In this document: in pieces, positions 1 through 11,630 of the stretch | Layout of the letters: the number at the start of each line of letters is the position of its first letter | How positions within the stretch are numbered: the stretch's first letter is position 1 | Assembly (NCBI GenBank): GCA_024626585.2 | Contig: JANKJI020000004.1 | Span: 80,897,730 to 80,917,546 of the forward strand | Reading direction: 5' to 3' | Source of the DNA: Ginkgo biloba | Taxonomy: Eukaryota > Plantae > Ginkgophyta | DNA length: 19,817 nt | Program-made: the position numbers and the translations under genes | Notes under the pieces: model-generated | Seen by the model: only the letters and a program-made list of their open reading frames with translations | Told to the model about the DNA's origin: nothing | The model's database searches: none

Positions 1-2
1 AT

Positions 3-810
3 GGACATAAATTTTTACTAATAGCCACCGACTATTGCACCAGGTGGGCCGAAGTGATAGCTTCCAAAAATAGCACCGCTACAGTGGTCATTGACTTCTT
101 GGAAGCTAACATAATCACCAGGTTCAGAACCCCCTTTCGTTGGTGTGTCGACAATGGTCCAACCTTCTCGTCAGCCAAATTTACTGAGTGGGCCTACGAC
201 AATCACATAACCTTGAAGCTTTCTTTGAATTATTATCCATAGGGGAATGGATTGGTCGAATCCACGAATGAGAACATAATCGACGCAATCAAGAAGGCAA
301 CAACAAACAAGCCCAGGTAGTGGCATGTCCTCCTGAAGTATGCATTATGGGCCGACAAGACTAGGATAAAAGCGACACTTAAGACTTCACCTTTTCTATT
401 GGTTTACAGGCAGGAACCAATTTTTTCCATTACATTGAGATTGCCTACCTATCAATTCATACACGAGTAACGGTGGAAGGTGATAAGGTGAAGGCCTGGA
501 TGCTAGACATCCTAGAACTGCAAGAGGCCAGGGATCGGGCCCTCCAAAACTTCAACAAGCACCAGGAGGTGGTGAAAAGGTGGTTCAACAGGAGAGCCAA
601 AATTAAAGCCTTTAGGATTGAATATTTGGTTCTTTTATAGGACAAGGCTTGTGAGAAGAAGGGGCAACATGCTAAATTTGATCCCCTCTTGATAGACCCT
701 TATTAGTTATTAGATATCTTAGGGAGCAACACCTTTAGGGTGAAGGACCTAAAAGGAATGATCTTCCTTTAATAGTTAAATGCCAATATCTAAAGCATTA
801 CTTCATGGCA
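3..810 (+). mobile_element. Degenerate Ty3/gypsy integrase (catalytic core + GPY/F C-terminal region), non-chromovirus Tat/Ogre-like; pseudogenised
   Basis: Manual translation from position 3: GHKFLLIATDYCTRWAEV...CVDNGPTF...NYYP*GNGLVESTN...W...ALWADKT...SPFLLVY. After a frameshift near 470: ...RWFNRRAK...KKGQHAKFDPLLIDPY*...NTFRVKDLKG / ...QYLKHYF. This matches the D,D(35)E integrase motifs and the GPY/F module. Stops at 240-242, 318-320, 468-470 and others. No chromodomain follows. Confidence 0.9.
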
Positions 811-972
811 GTGATATCCTCCACACCATCAAAATGATTATGTAAGTAAGTAGGAGTAGGGTAAATGGGCTTCATTTGTTTCTTTTATTGATCATTTAGT
901 CAACTACCTGCTTTTCTTGTTGTAGTTTTAGTACTCCCATGTTATTAGGACACTTTTGGTTTATTAGAATAA
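811..972 (+). mobile_element. Start of the 3' non-coding region of the same gypsy family
   Basis: Aligns by eye with ~12025-12190 (CCTCCACAC.ATCAAAATGAT...AAGTAAGTAGGAGTAGGGTAAAT...TTTTCTTGTTGTAGTTT..TACTCCCA.GTTATTAGGA). Similarity stops near 972. Confidence 0.75.
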
Positions 973-1161
973 TGCATATTTGAATTATAGAGTCATTTTG
1001 GTTAATGTGAAGGGTCACTATTGATCCTATATATGACAACATTATTTTGTTATTCATCACTTGACTTGGATGTAATAGATAGTTTTCTAATTATGAATTA
1101 TTTTTCCACATATATAACTGTGTATCTTCTATTCATTTATAATTTAATATGGTATTGGAGC
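973..1161 (+). mobile_element. Probable 3' part of a 5' LTR plus tRNA-iMet-like primer binding site (Copia-like), decayed
   Basis: TGGTATTGGAGC at 1150-1161 matches the canonical iMet PBS TGGTATCAGAGC at 10/12 positions. It follows TTAATA, a possible decayed ...AACA LTR end. A TATA-like CTATATAT lies near 1027, and TTTTCCACATATATAACTGTGT near 1102 resembles a Copia U5 motif. No gag was recognised downstream. Confidence 0.45.
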
Positions 1162-4100
1162 TTCTAAGGATTAATGGGTAGTTGTGAAGATCAAATATGT
1201 GATGGGTGACCTCAATGAAGTGGAGAGAAAGGATAGTGATGTTGTGAGTAGAAAGAACAGACAGCAAAGGTAAAAAATAACCTATTGCATTCAATCAATG
1301 AGTGGGCTTTGCTAATGGACTAAAATCATTTATGAAAGATACTAGGGTGTAGCAAAAGGATGGAAAACCCTATTATAAAAATAATCATCAAATTCATTAA
1401 GAATTGAGGGAGAATGATCCAACGGTATCTTTCGTACGTCGTCGCATCATCATCATTCCTGAGTTACAGGTCGGCATTAGATTTTTGGAATTTACATATT
1501 TTTTTCAAAGTTTAAAATTAAATTTAACTATATTGGAAATTTATTTGAAGTTTAGAATATTCTACAATATATTCTTTGTTAAATGCTTGACCTCTGACTG
1601 CATTGACTAGTAAGAAGTGAGAAAGAAGGTACCCAACTTCAAATGTTAATATCTATCTCATATGGTGTCCATTTTGTGAATCGTTCAAACTATTGGAAAA
1701 ATTATTCATATATCTTCCATTTGACANNNNNNNNNNNNNNNNNNNNNNNNNNNNNNNNNNNNNNNNNNNNNNNNNNNNNNNNNNNNNNNNNNNNNNNNNN
1801 NNNNNNNNNNNNNNNNNNNNNNNNNNAAATTTCCTATGAGAATACATCTACCTCTTTGAATTAATGAATACCATCATTCATAATAAAGGAAGTACCATTT
1901 GACCACTTGGGAATTTTGAACTTTGTATCCCTTCTAGGAATGTAATCCTTCATCCTAATTCAATCTAAAATATTGAGTGTGTCTTCCAAAGAACTTTTTC
2001 ATCAAGATTAATTAATAGGGTAAATTATAGTAATAGAAAGAGGTCCCATTTATGNNNNNNNNNNNNNNNNNNNNNNNNNNNNNNNNNNNNNNNNNNNNNN
2101 NNNNNNNNNNNNAAAACATATCGTCTAAAGCAAGGATCAAATAATTATTCTAATATGACTAAGAAGAGTTACATCACACAATCAACAAACTTAGATCTTT
2201 AAATTTTGAGTCAATAATTAACTTTTACATCCTAGATTAATAATTTGGTCAAAATTGCATTAATCCCGTGATTTGATTATTGTAGGTTAAAATCGTTGGA
2301 GCATCGTATGAAGTTGGTAGCTCACTTCCTNNNNNNNNNNNNNNNNNCACTAAAAAGGATGCAACTGTGAAAGGATGATTTTTGTACCCAAAAAGAAAAT
2401 ATATTTTGTGAGGTCTTTCTAGTGGTGGGGAGATGAAAAAATATTAGTTTTCAAAGTTTTGAAAACACAAAGAAAACATTTTGATAATCACTTATGGAAC
2501 CCTAAAGAGCCAAAGGGAACTCACAAAACTGAATTAGGAAGTTAAAACTTGAAACTCGGGTATCATATCCCTANNNNNNNNNNNNNNNNNNNNNNNNNNN
2601 NNNNNNNGATCAGAGTTTGATGGTTATAAACCTCTCAAGAATCAACTTAGATAATGGCTTGGTACACACATACCTGATCAAATTTTGGTTCTATTTGATA
2701 TAGATTTAGATTCACTTTCGTAAGAAGTAATACTTTGAAGGACAACTCTTTTGGTCTAAGAGGGGAATTCTCCTTCCCTGAGTTTTATGGAATTGAAAAT
2801 AAATAGAAAGGAGTTGATCATAGATCAAGCTCCTGGGTTATGATGAAAGGTTTTTCTCAATTTAATATGGTCATTATCTAAATGTTTAAAGTGTAAGAAA
2901 AAGAAAAGAGATGGAACCCATAGGGTTTAAAATTCAGACACATGGTGGTATACTATTGATGGTCATCCCAACTAATCACCATCTCATACATTCACCATGT
3001 CAGGTGAGATAATTATCCCATACTTCAAGAGAATTTATTATCACAACATGGATTCCAAGGTGGTGAACTGGTATCCTTCAAATTAAAATAAATCATCCTA
3101 TTTATTAGTCAACTTTAAATGATTTTTTCTTTTATAAAGTAGATTATTTCTTGTGAGATAATCCATAAGTTGAAGGAAAACAAAAAAGGAAAAATCAGAG
3201 CTCATATTTTTTTCATATTGAGTACTACTTGTCACTCAAATCTTATTTCAATTCATAAATCATGGATAGAAGAAGTGTAGGAAGCTTAAGAGTTCAAGTA
3301 TTTGAAGTAATATCAATGATAGAAATTATGAACACTCAATATACCTATCAAGCAGGTTTTACACTAATTTTTGAATACTTAATGTAGGTAGTTGAAGAAA
3401 GAAGGAAATAAGACCCATTGTCACATCCTGGCATGGTTCAAGAAGCACCATTTCCTGAGGTTCTTCCTTATAGAATTTTTATTGAATGGGAAGAACAGAG
3501 ATTTGATTCTAGAATAAAATGTGTAGTTTTAACCTCAAGTCAAGTATTATGTATTTTAAATGATGAATTTAGTAAAAAACGTTTAACCTCCCAAACCCTG
3601 AGGAAGACTTCTCTTTTGAAAAAATTGAGAGGTTTTATCAAGAATATCCACAAGTCTTTGAATTGGTCACTTCATGGAGGGAGGTACTAATTTTCATTTC
3701 ACTAATAAGATTGCTTATGATATGAGAAAATTAGAGTAACATGTGTATTTGGGGGAAAAATGGGAATGAACATTTTGATATTCAAAAACTAGAAATCTAG
3801 TGATACTTTCTTTGGAGGAAGTGAAAGATTCTCTAGGATTCCTTTATACTTATCTAACCTAGTATAAGTATTTCTTTCTTTAGCTAGGTTGATCAATCAA
3901 ATTATTACTTCACATTGGTTAATTTAGTCCCCAGTATGGTCACTAGTTATGTTTCTTAGATTTTGTGTACCAGTAGAAATAATAATTTTGACCGATATTC
4001 CCAAGGATGAGGGTATCACAAAATATGAATTACAAGGGAAGATGAACTTTCTCTTCTATTTTGAGGGGCATCTCCTTACGATAATTATAAAATTAAATAA

Positions 4101-7100
4101 ATAAAGAGGAGGAAATATTAATAATAATTATTCACACTATATAGAGGGGATTATTTTGATTAAAATAGAAATAAAACCATATAGAATAGGAAAATTAAAA
4201 GTAAGGGGTAGAATAATCTGCTATCAGTGTTTACAAACAACTCATAATAGAGTGTGAATATATAGTAATGGGGAGGAGAAAAACTATAACAAAAACTTAT
4301 CAATTATGTACACCCTCTTCAGTATTTCTCCTAATTGCATAAACGAGGTCCTCTAGGTTTATGAGAATATTAGGACAATACTATTTCATAAATTTAATAA
4401 CTAATAGTGATTGACCTCTTTAGTGGACTAATATGCTACATTATTTCCTCTAATTCTCTCTAATAGTGATTGAATGGATATAAATATGAGATTATACTTA
4501 AGAATGGAAAATAATCCATACAAGTAATATACTCCAGTAGCACTCAAAGCATGAACCTGAAATATCACTTATATTTAATGGTAATATGACCCACTTAGAT
4601 CAATTATTTAGAAATGATAAANNNNNNNNNNNNNNNNNNNNNNNNNNNNNNNNNNNNNNNNNNNNNNNNNNNNNNNNNNNNNNNNNNNNNNNNNNNNNNN
4701 NNNNNNNNNNNNNNNNNNNNNACATAGGTTGGATTAAGGCTAAGGAAGCCCATTTTGAGCATATAAGGGAAAAAAAGATTCTTTATCAGACATAATTTAA
4801 ATTTTATCTTGATCTTATTTCAATATTCTTCTTCATTTATGGATTCATGGTTTTGTATGTAGGCATTCGTCACCTCAGACTTCCCCACAAAATGGTTCAT
4901 GTAATGGTCGCATTTTCCTTCAACAAGGAATTACTAATCTTCCATATTCACTCTACATATCATATGGGAGTAGAAGGACAATATCGTTGGGGTAATTATG
5001 GGGGTAATCCTAAGATGTACGCTGCTAGAGATACCATGCAGCAATAGCATTATGGTGGTGATGATGAAGTCAATGTCAATAGTATTTTAGGGATGTTGAT
5101 TTATCCACATGGTCTTCATGCTGTGGATTCCTTCATTTATTCCAAAAGGATGCAGAATGCATCATGAGAATGGGCACTCTGTGCTAAGGTGTAGTGACCA
5201 GAAAGCCAATATGAGAGCCAAGGCACCCTCCAACTTGTAATTCAACTAGTATCTTACCTCAATTACTCTCTTAACAATCATTCTCTATGTTAGAATGGTT
5301 CAACAACATGATCAGAATTTCCATTATGAGCCACTAGAACAAAAACTTGTAAGGAATGAAGGTGCCAAAGATATGGAAATGGGTAATAACAGGAGAATAG
5401 TTAAACAAAGACAATTCCCTTACAAAATAACCATACAAAATATTGAACGATGCAGTGGGTTATATTCGAAATGATATATTAACTTTATAGCAAACATACA
5501 AAATGGAAGTTATGTTAAACATTAATGGAGCGTTGCAGGTCTATACAAATTTCTTCGAGAAGTTCATAAAATAGGAGTCTTTGGAGTTAATTAAACTTAA
5601 CCATGGTTAATTGAAGGTTAACGAGGATGAATGGATACGATGAAATAAATAATGCCTCCTTTTTCCTATCGTAACAATAATTTTGCCTATGGAGTTCAAT
5701 GTAGAGAACTTCCCATATATTCTAAGATCTACATACCCATAGGGGGTACTCTTCCCCAGAAAGGTCACCTTGTTGACCCGTAAATGGAGCCATATCTATG
5801 GAAATAAATATCANNNNNNNNNNNNNNNNNNNNNNNNNNNNNNNNNNNNNNNNNNNNNNNNNNNNNNNNNNNNNNNNNNNNNNNNNNNNNNNNNNNNNNN
5901 NNNNNNNNNNNNNCACCAAAGAATCCAATGGGCTATTCCCCAATCTAGAATAGATTACAGAATATGAGATATTATTTCTATTCAAAATAAATTTATCATA
6001 ATAAGGTATAGGATAGCTATCTGGATTAAAAACTAAAGTTGATCAAATACTATCCCCATTAGAGCAATGGAAAAAAGAGGATTGATCATCATCCCCATTG
6101 AAGGAAAATTGATTTGCCTCAAAGGATATTTAATCATAATCNNNNNNNNNNNNNNNNNNNNNNNNNNNNNNATATCTCAACCTATATAATATGGGGAGAA
6201 ATAGAATTCCACCACATTGGGTCCCTCTCTACTAGATAGATAATGTTTCAATCAAGATATGGATTCTTTCGTAAATTTAAAATTCAAAGAAATTAAAAAT
6301 ATAGAGAAAGAAATTTTGAATATTTACGTTCGTAAAAAATATATGTTCAAAAAAATTCAAGAAAGGGAAAATATTGAATAATCTCCAACAACTCTAAGAA
6401 CAAACATCAAGTCAAAAGAGATCAGTTGAAGAAACAACCTAGGCGAGTTAGTTTATAGTTATATCTAACAACTTCTAACTATCATAGTAGAGAAAGTATA
6501 AATCAAATAAGGATGAAATAATAATGGTTATACTAAGAACTTATAGTGAGAAAATCACTCTATCTTTCCATTCCTTATTTTCCCCATATTTCCTCTATTT
6601 TTGTACTTTATTCATCCTATCTTTATTTGTAACCAGTTTCTTTGTTCTCATAGATCTTTGATCGAAAGGGAGTTGTCCTAGTTACTTGTGGTTTCTTTGA
6701 TTTCAAACTTTAAGTTATAACTATCAATATTGTACATTCACCTTTTTGGGCTTAAACCTTTCTAATACTTTCGGGTTTGTAAACATGTAATATTGAAACA
6801 TTTTCATTAATGGAATTATCCCTCTATAGTTTCATCTCTTTAATGTATTATTCCAAATATCCATTTGTATCAAAAAATTGAGTGTTATTGATCTTTAGCT
6901 GTAAATATTGATTTGATATATTTTTGTTGTTCATTTTGAGTATTGTTTCACATTGTAAATGAGTGCTACTATCAAAATTATACTGCATATAGTCAAATGT
7001 GGACATATACCAAGCATTACTGATATATTGTTAACTTGGAGGAATTAGGATTTGTGGGAATATATTTTCAAAAGTTATTCTCTTTTCCTTTTTTACTCCT

Positions 7101-7299
7101 TTGTTATTTATATGTATCAAATATTCATCNNNNNNNNNNNNNNNNNNNNNNNNNNNNNNNNNNNNNNNNNNNNNNNNNNNNNNNNNNNNNNNNNNNNNNN
7201 NNNNNNNNNNNNNNNNNNNNNNNNNNNNNAAAACGTGTTGTAGTTAAATCTATCCCCTAGTGTCTTTGTGTCTCCCAGTGAGAAATAGTGCACCAACAA

Positions 7300-8825
7300 A
7301 CCCCCGCGTGAACACTTAGTGCTTTGAAGGTTAATGATAGAATCTAGATTTTAGCGTATTCTTACCACATGGTATCTTTTCACTTCTCATCGCTTTATTA
7401 TTTTGTGTGAAAAAATGCCTTCACGGGGTGTTTGATGGAATTATGTGTAGGTGTAGTGCAGTTTTAACATGTGGTAGGCCATCGTTGTTGCCCCTCGCAA
7501 TCAAGAGAAGAGTAAAAAGACCTAATATGTAGTGATTTTGGGAGAAAATTCCCATGACCCTCAGATGTAATGAGATGCTAACACATGGCATAGATTGAGA
7601 GGCCCTCCCCTTGGCACAATTCCCAACTCTAAATATTAAACCAAGAAAAAATGGTCTACGATCCTAGGAGCCACAAGATCACATCACGTGGTATTTCTCG
7701 CACCTCCTAATCTCATGATGGCAACACACTCTATGTTAGCACAAGATTCAAAATGGATATGAGACTGAGCTCCTAGATTCATGACAAGTGGTGGCCCCAT
7801 CAGGGATCCTCCCCTCGAGGTCATATAAATGGTAGCAAGGTAAGGTGGAAAGGCCTTGTGAGGAGAAGCTCATACAATCTTTTCACATAGTAAGATATCA
7901 TGATCTCCCCCTCGTAGTAGTGAGGGACCTTAACAAAAAGAAAGTGGGGGGGCACAGGGCCTCATCCTTCAAGATAGCACCATGTGTCATCATCTTGGGG
8001 GACCCATTCCCCTCATGACTCAGTCATAATGGAAAGAGAAAGGATTAAACCCCAGCATAAGGTGGATCTTAAGGGGTGTGAGATGGCACCATGTAGCTCC
8101 ATCTCAAGGGCCCCTCCCCCCCCACGCCCAACTCAAATAGTAAGAAAAAAAAAGTAAATGAAGAAAATGGAACTACAAATATGAGGTGGCTTGAGGAAGC
8201 ACCACATGGCATAAACTCAGGACTCCTCCCCTCACGGATGCCCCAAGAACTTAAGGTCTCATAAAGGGTATTATAGTTTCCTTAGGGCACCCAAGATCAT
8301 ACCACATGGCACGATCTTGGGATGCCTCCCCTCATAGCTCAAATGCAACAAGGAAAAATAAAGGGGAAAGTCCCCCAAAGTGATACAAGACCCCCAAGAA
8401 CTAGAGATGATGCCATGCATCAGGATCTTAGGTCCTCTTAATAATAAAGTATAAACATGAGAGACGAATGTAGGAACAAAGAAATATAGGAGCTTGAGAG
8501 CTCACACGATCTCACCACATGGCATGATTGCACGCACTCTCGAGGAGGCACAAACAAGAGAAGTTTGGCCTAGTTTAGAATGGTGATTTTGCACAGGAAG
8601 AGGATATTAAAATCATTTCTATGGATTTAGAGGCTTCTTCTCTATAGATCCCTACTCATCACCCATCATGATGATCATGATATTAATACATTCAGCGTAG
8701 GCAACCAACAAAAAAATGAGAAATCACCCTGCACCTACTAGAAGTTACGAGGAACCATGGTTGTGCTAAATTTTGGTCACCTGGATCAAGGTGACCCATC
8801 CTTATGTACTCTTAATAAAATTAAT
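7300..8825. repeat. Long non-coding repeat, copy A, with 12 regularly spaced palindromic G-box-derived cores
   Basis: Colinear with 9738-11220 along its length (e.g. 7631 AAATATTAAACCAAGAA = 10027; 8557 AGAGAAGTTTGGCC.AGTTTAGAATGG = 10952). Core hexamers start at 7366, 7468, 7582, 7685, 7785, 7884, 7981, 8090, 8203, 8303, 8414 and 8516. Confidence 0.9.
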
Positions 8826-8883
8826 TGATGAACATTTTATTTCTTCCCTGATGTTTACATGTGATAATCAAGCAAGCTAGAGA

Positions 8884-8990
8884 TGTGGGGTTCCAAACAC
8901 TGAGCAGTGTTCTTCCATAAAATTTGTCATTTGTTGTTGCCCCAACATGCCCCACATTTGCTCATAATATGGGGACCCTCTTTGCTTTGG
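8884..8990 (-). mobile_element. Candidate polypurine tract plus very short or internally deleted LTR of a minus-strand gypsy element
   Basis: The minus strand reads AAAGAGGGTCCCCATATTATGAGCAAATGTGGGGCA|TGTTGGGG...GGAACCCCACA. This is a G-rich PPT-like tract (8960-8948) followed by a 64-bp segment with TG...CA ends and inverted termini (TGTTGGGG / CCCCACA). Confidence 0.35.
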
Positions 8991-9231
8991 ATAAATCTAA
9001 GGCATTAATGCAGGGATCCTATATGCATGTCAATGGTGTATCACCACCTGATCTCCAACTCAAACTTGTTCACAATATTTATTTTAGCCTCTATGCATAG
9101 TGTGCGGGAAAATCCTTGATAAATTAATGGTCAATGCGCCCTTGTGTAGTGTCCTTAAGTCATCCTTGTGTAAATCCCTAAGGCCGCTTAATGAACTGTG
9201 TAAATTCATGTTCCTTAGAGGAATAGAGAGG

Positions 9232-9637
9232 GCCCTGCATGCGAGCACTTAGTGATTGAAAATATAAAATTTTACTTCATTTGGTGTGCCATATGGCATT
9301 TTATCACCCTCCTATTTTCTCATTTATTTTTCTATGAAAAGTGATTTTCATCGAGTTTTTTGTCAAGTATCATGTGTGCAGGTATCAAGTGTAGCGCTAT
9401 TGTGACACGTGGTAGACCATCGTTAATTGAAAGGAAGAGAATAATATGGTAAAAAACTTGATGGGGAACTTTGCAAGCCTTGGGTTCAATGAGATGCTGA
9501 CATGTGGCATGATCTCTCACCTCCCAAGCTTGTGGAAACAAGGCACTTCAAGTTTGTACAAAGATCAAAGGGGTCACGGGCCTAGGTTCCCAGATGCATT
9601 CTAGGTGGTGTCCCCTCGGGGTTGTTCAGGAGGGACA
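9232..9637. repeat. Long non-coding repeat, copy B (partial, ends at gap; one internal unit deleted)
   Basis: 9245 GCACTTAGTGATTGAA matches 7312 ACACTTAGTGCTTTGAA. 9277-9500 matches 9738-9978. Cores are at 9290 (CATATG), 9406 (intact CACGTG) and 9501 (CATGTG). Confidence 0.85.
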
Positions 9638-9737
9638 NNNNNNNNNNNNNNNNNNNNNNNNNNNNNNNNNNNNNNNNNNNNNNNNNNNNNNNNNNNNNNN
9701 NNNNNNNNNNNNNNNNNNNNNNNNNNNNNNNNNNNNN

Positions 9738-11220
9738 TTCATTTGGTATGCCATGTGGTAATTTGTTACCCTCATGTTTCCTTGTTTATTTTCTTTATGA
9801 AAAGTTCTTTTCATTGAGTTACTTTTCAAGTATCATGTGTGAAGGTATTAGGTGCAGTATGATCGTGACGTGTGGTGAACCATCACTGTCTTGTCCCTCA
9901 CTAATTTAAAGAAAGAGAATAAAATAGTGAAAAACTTGATAGAAAACTCTACAAGACACAGATTCAATGAGATGATGACACATGGCAAGACTTAAAGGTT
10001 TTCCCCTTGTCACAATTCCTAAATCCAAATATTAAACCAAGAAGAAATGGTCTGTGAACCCAGGAGCCACAAGATCACACCATATGGCATAATCTCGTGC
10101 CTCCCAAGCTTGTGATGGCAAGGCGTTCCAAGTTAGCACAAGGTACAAAAGGGGTGAGATCCTAGGCTCCTAGATGTATAACAAGTGAAAAACCCCTCAA
10201 GGTTCCTTACCCTAGTGTCATTTAAATGGCAGCAAGGCAAGTTGAAAAGGGACCACAAGGAGAATCTCATATAATATCATCACATGATGATATTTCATGA
10301 TCTTCTCCTTGTAGCAATGAGGGACCTTAACAAAAGGAAAGGGGAGGGGCGTGAGGCCTCATCCTGTGAGATGATACCATATGTCATCATCATGGGCCCC
10401 CCACACCCCTCATGACTCAGTTATAGTGGAAAGAGAAAGAACCATTTTCCAGCACAAGGTGGATCTCTAGGGGCATGATATGGCACCATGTGGTACCATA
10501 TCGGGGGCCCCTCCCCTTGCACACCCGGATCAAACAGAAAGAAAATAAATAAAGGAAAAAAAAGGAACTATAGATATGACATGACTTGAGAAAGCACCAT
10601 ATGGCACAAACTTGAGGCTCCTCCCCCTGCGGAGGCCCCAAGCACTTAAGGTCTCACAAAGAGGATTACAGTGGTCTTAGGGCACTTGATATCACACCAT
10701 GTGGTGCAATCTTTGGGAACCTCCCCTCACAACTCAAATGAAACAAGGAAAAAGAAAGGGGAAAGTCCTTCAAAGTGACACGAGCCCCTCAAAAAATAGA
10801 GATGATGCCACGCATTAGGATCCCATGTCCTCCCTATAATAAATTGAAAAGGTGGAAAAGGAAGGTAGGAACAAAAAAATTTGTGAGCCTGAGAGCTTTC
10901 ACAATCTCACCACATGGCATGATCATATGCACTCTTAGGGAGGCATAAAGAAGAGAAGTTTGGCCCAGTTTAGAATGGAAATTTTATACGGGAAGAGGAG
11001 ATTGAAATATTTTTTATGGCTTTTGAGGCTTCTTCTTTACATATCCCTACTCAGGCGCCCATCATGATGATCATACTATTAATACATTTAGCACAAACAT
11101 ACCAACAAAGGGGAGAAGTGACCCTACACCTACCAAATGTTATGAGGAACTGTGGTTACACTAGCTTTTGGTCACCTAAAGTAGGGTTACCCATCTTTGT
11201 ATACTCCCAGTGAAATCAAT
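9738..11220. repeat. Long non-coding repeat, copy C, with 12 palindromic cores (bounded by gaps)
   Basis: Core hexamers start at 9752, 9869, 9979, 10081, 10182, 10281, 10378, 10487, 10598, 10698, 10809 and 10911. Each core and spacer corresponds positionally to one in copy A. Confidence 0.9.
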
Positions 11221-11630
11221 NNNNNNNNNNNNNNNNNNNNNNNNNNNNNNNNNNNNNNNNNNNNNNNNNNNNNNNNNNNNNNNNNNNNNNNNNNNNNNNN
11301 NNNNNNNNNNNNNNNNNNNNTTCATAGAATTCAAAGTGTTATAGGTCATGATGTGTAAATTTGTGTGTTTACACAGCACCACACTAACGTGCACTTCAGG
11401 AGCATGCATATACGCATTAAATCTCTACAACTGTGCGTAATCATGCATTGTACAGTTTCTCAGAGTCCATACAAAATCAAAACCTGAAACCTCATAGATA
11501 GCTAAGATTTACCATTCTATAGAGACAGTAATNNNNNNNNNNNNNNNNNNNNNNNNNNNNNNNNNNNNNNNNNNNNNNNNNNNNNNNNNNNNTTTGTCAA
11601 ATCCTCCAGCACTAAGTGGGTACATCAAAC

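Noticed and set aside
5597-5610. Perfect palindrome TTAACCATGGTTAA (also the hairpin TTGATC-ATA-GATCAA at ~2814)
   Set aside because: Isolated and short, plausible by chance in 20 kb of AT-rich DNA.
7300-11220. True CRISPR array
   Set aside because: The context is plant retroelement and PPR DNA with no cas genes. Repeats are highly degenerate, spacers are ~75-85 bp and share some motifs, and the whole array is duplicated. It is reported as a eukaryotic palindrome array instead.
1643-11409. Short ORFs spanning N runs or lying in the repeat (e.g. 1643-1864, 4586-4795, 5722-5985, 7036-7260, 9332-9541, 9622-9909, 10417-10641, 11016-11213)
   Set aside because: Their length is inflated by Ns, or the frame is not kept in the sister repeat copy. 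No recognisable domains.
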